This document shows, in pieces, positions 61,985 through 64,000 of a stretch of DNA of 64,000 nucleotides. The notes under the pieces are model-generated. The model worked only from the letters and a program-made list of their open reading frames with translations, did not search any database and was not told the DNA's origin. The position numbers were made by a program, and so were the translations under genes. How positions within the stretch are numbered: position 1 is the first letter of the stretch; the number at the start of each line of letters is the position of its first letter. Origin of the DNA: Macrostomum hystrix (Eukaryota; Animalia; Platyhelminthes); contig CATNEN010000003.1 of the NCBI GenBank assembly GCA_950097015.1, positions 62,001 through 126,000 of the forward strand, read 5' to 3'.

Positions 61985-64000
61985 TATTCTTCTGCTTCTT
62001 GCGATGCTACTTGCTACGAGCTGAGAAAAACATCAATTTAAAGCCATGATGAGAACTGTTGGAGTTTATAGATTCGACGTAAACCTATCTCTCGGAGGTC
62101 TCATCGACCTGCCATTGACAGATTACACGGTCCATTTAATTCCTTCCTCATTAATTAAGCTTCCCCTCTGTTTGTCTCCACATCGCAATAAGAAAGGTAT
62201 GTATTTATCTATATCTGCAAAAGAAATACTTTTGTTTATCTACGAGCGTATTTGTCTATATACTCCTATCTATTTATCTATAATGGATTTAGACAGGTCT
62301 ATAGCAGAAAGAATCATTTCTAAGCTTTGTGTAAAATAGCTGAGAGCGTGTTGTCATAGATCTTCTTCACATTCTGTATGCTTTTATGCGGCGCAAGTAA
62401 TAGTGAAAAAAGTGCGAGAGATAAGGAAAAAAGAAGAAATGCTAATGTAGAAAACGTGGTTGAAATTCGCTGACTGCAGTTAGAAGATAAAGGGGTGCCA
62501 ATTTTGGCATTTGGATAACTTTCTCGGCATCTATTCAAAGAAATTCAGTTCCCCTATGCAGTGGCTAAATTTGGCAAAACGGGGCAAGTGGTGGCCCCGC
62601 TAAAGCCCTTTAGCCTAGCAACCTTCGCCGATTAGTTTGATGAATTAATGCCACTGGCAAGTACTAGCCTTGTGGATATATTTTGCTGTGCAAACCCTAT
62701 AGGGCCACCAATAAATATGCTTCTGTCCATAATTGAATAGAAGCTTGCAAGTGCATATTTCAGAGTTAACGAATTCTAGCAAGAAAGCGCAGCGATTTAA
62801 CAGAGCTGGAAAGTTACACTCTAAGAGGCAATGCCCCACCCTTCACTGAGATTTGCCAGCCATAACCTCAACCTGAAACTGGTCGGTGGAATCAGCTGTT
62901 GCCAGTGTAAATATCCCAAACTGACTTTAGCAAAAAGAAGACATTAGCAAGAAGCAGAAGAGGCAGAAACCAGATTGCTAATTAAAGAGGCCATTCAAGC
63001 ACTACGATTAGCTAGCACGCAAGCACTTATAGACTGGCACGCATGATACCCTTAAGGGCTAGCTGTGGTGCACTTCTGCCGAAATTGATTGAAATCGGTG
63101 CAGAGATGCACTTATACATACAGTTTCTGTCTTTTAGGTACTCATATGACTATGTTACCGGTTATTCCTTCCTCATTCTTCGAATCAGCTTACTCACTAA
63201 TCCGACTGGTCATTAAAGTTTGCTTCCTCTCCATTAAAGCTGTGACAGAGGTGCGCCTCTTCTTTTTGCTGACATAGAGTAAACAAACTGTGATGAATTC
63301 TGTGAAATAGAAATAGTGATATGTGAGAATTTTGGGCATCGGTTAATTGCAATGCTACTCGTCGTACGAGTGAACTTAAGCCTTAGTATAAGGGGTCCTA
63401 TAACTAGAACCTATTGTAGTCAGAGCAGAATGGAGTAGCCAGGACAGTCAGAGAAAGCTGTGCTTAATTCGTCAGAACTAAATATTGTTAACTGCGTAAA
63501 ATAAGCACAGAAAATTGAACGCACTTTTTTCTTCAGCAAGTACCTTTTGAGATAGAACGTCAGTGCTGTGGTGCCTAGTCCAAGTAGTTAAGTTAGTTGA
63601 GATAAAATAACTAGAGCTCACAATAATATTATCTCGCTCCACTAAAAAGCATTCTTCCACTTATAAAATGGCTAAACCAGCAAACTATCCCCTTACAGCT
63701 GTTTAAAGACTATCTGGGAGTTGTTAATATAGGAACCGTAGCCTGTGGAGCTGCTGAAATCTTAATCATTTTAGTTCTGCTGCGGCAGCGTTCTCTCGTA
63801 CGAGCGTACCACCGCCAGGTGAAGCTGCTGTCAGCACTGTTGTGGTCAAGGTTTCAAATACAGGGTTGTGCATGCACTGCAATGTCCACAATCGCTTTAA
63901 TAAAGGCAACATATGCGGAGCCTATGGAATATTGTCTCTGTGCAACAGATAAAGCTTCAAATATAATCTCAAAGGTTATGAGCATAGACACGAGTAGCAT

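Noticed and set aside
60766-62049. Three overlapping 370-430-aa ORFs
   Set aside because: Artefact of a stop-poor minisatellite that is open in all + frames
62050-64000. Missing TM1-TM2 exon of the GPCR
   Set aside because: No GN..V or LAxxD-type motif recognised; probably lies beyond the window

Overview
Eukaryotic (metazoan) genomic DNA with GT-AG introns and a very high transposon load. The gene and repeat style fits an invertebrate, possibly a flatworm such as Macrostomum (inference only). Host genes: CHMP5/Vps60 (last two exons, +); a co-oriented minus-strand cluster KAT7/MYST-like HAT -> SDHAF3 -> ELP5 -> mitochondrial EF-Ts (TSFM); and three exons of a neuromedin U/pyrokinin-type GPCR (-). 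Mobile DNA: four Gypsy relics, a BEL/Pao relic, a LOA/R1-like LINE, a FLYWCH-MULE (Phantom-like) element, two hAT non-autonomous elements, a mariner MITE, a solo LTR, a decayed Ngaro/DIRS retroelement, and a decayed Polinton-like virus (A32-type packaging ATPase) inside a GPCR intron. The most notable signal is a pair of related Crypton-type tyrosine-recombinase elements. One has an intact, intron-split recombinase; the other is a 5' fragment nested in a mariner TIR. Both carry ~100-nt imperfect terminal hairpins and repeated CCATAGAC boxes, and the intact copy also has lox-like inverted sites, so a candidate cis-acting recombination architecture can be read from the sequence. The four-gene cluster also looks like a candidate trans-spliced operon. 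All calls come from reading motifs; no searches were run.
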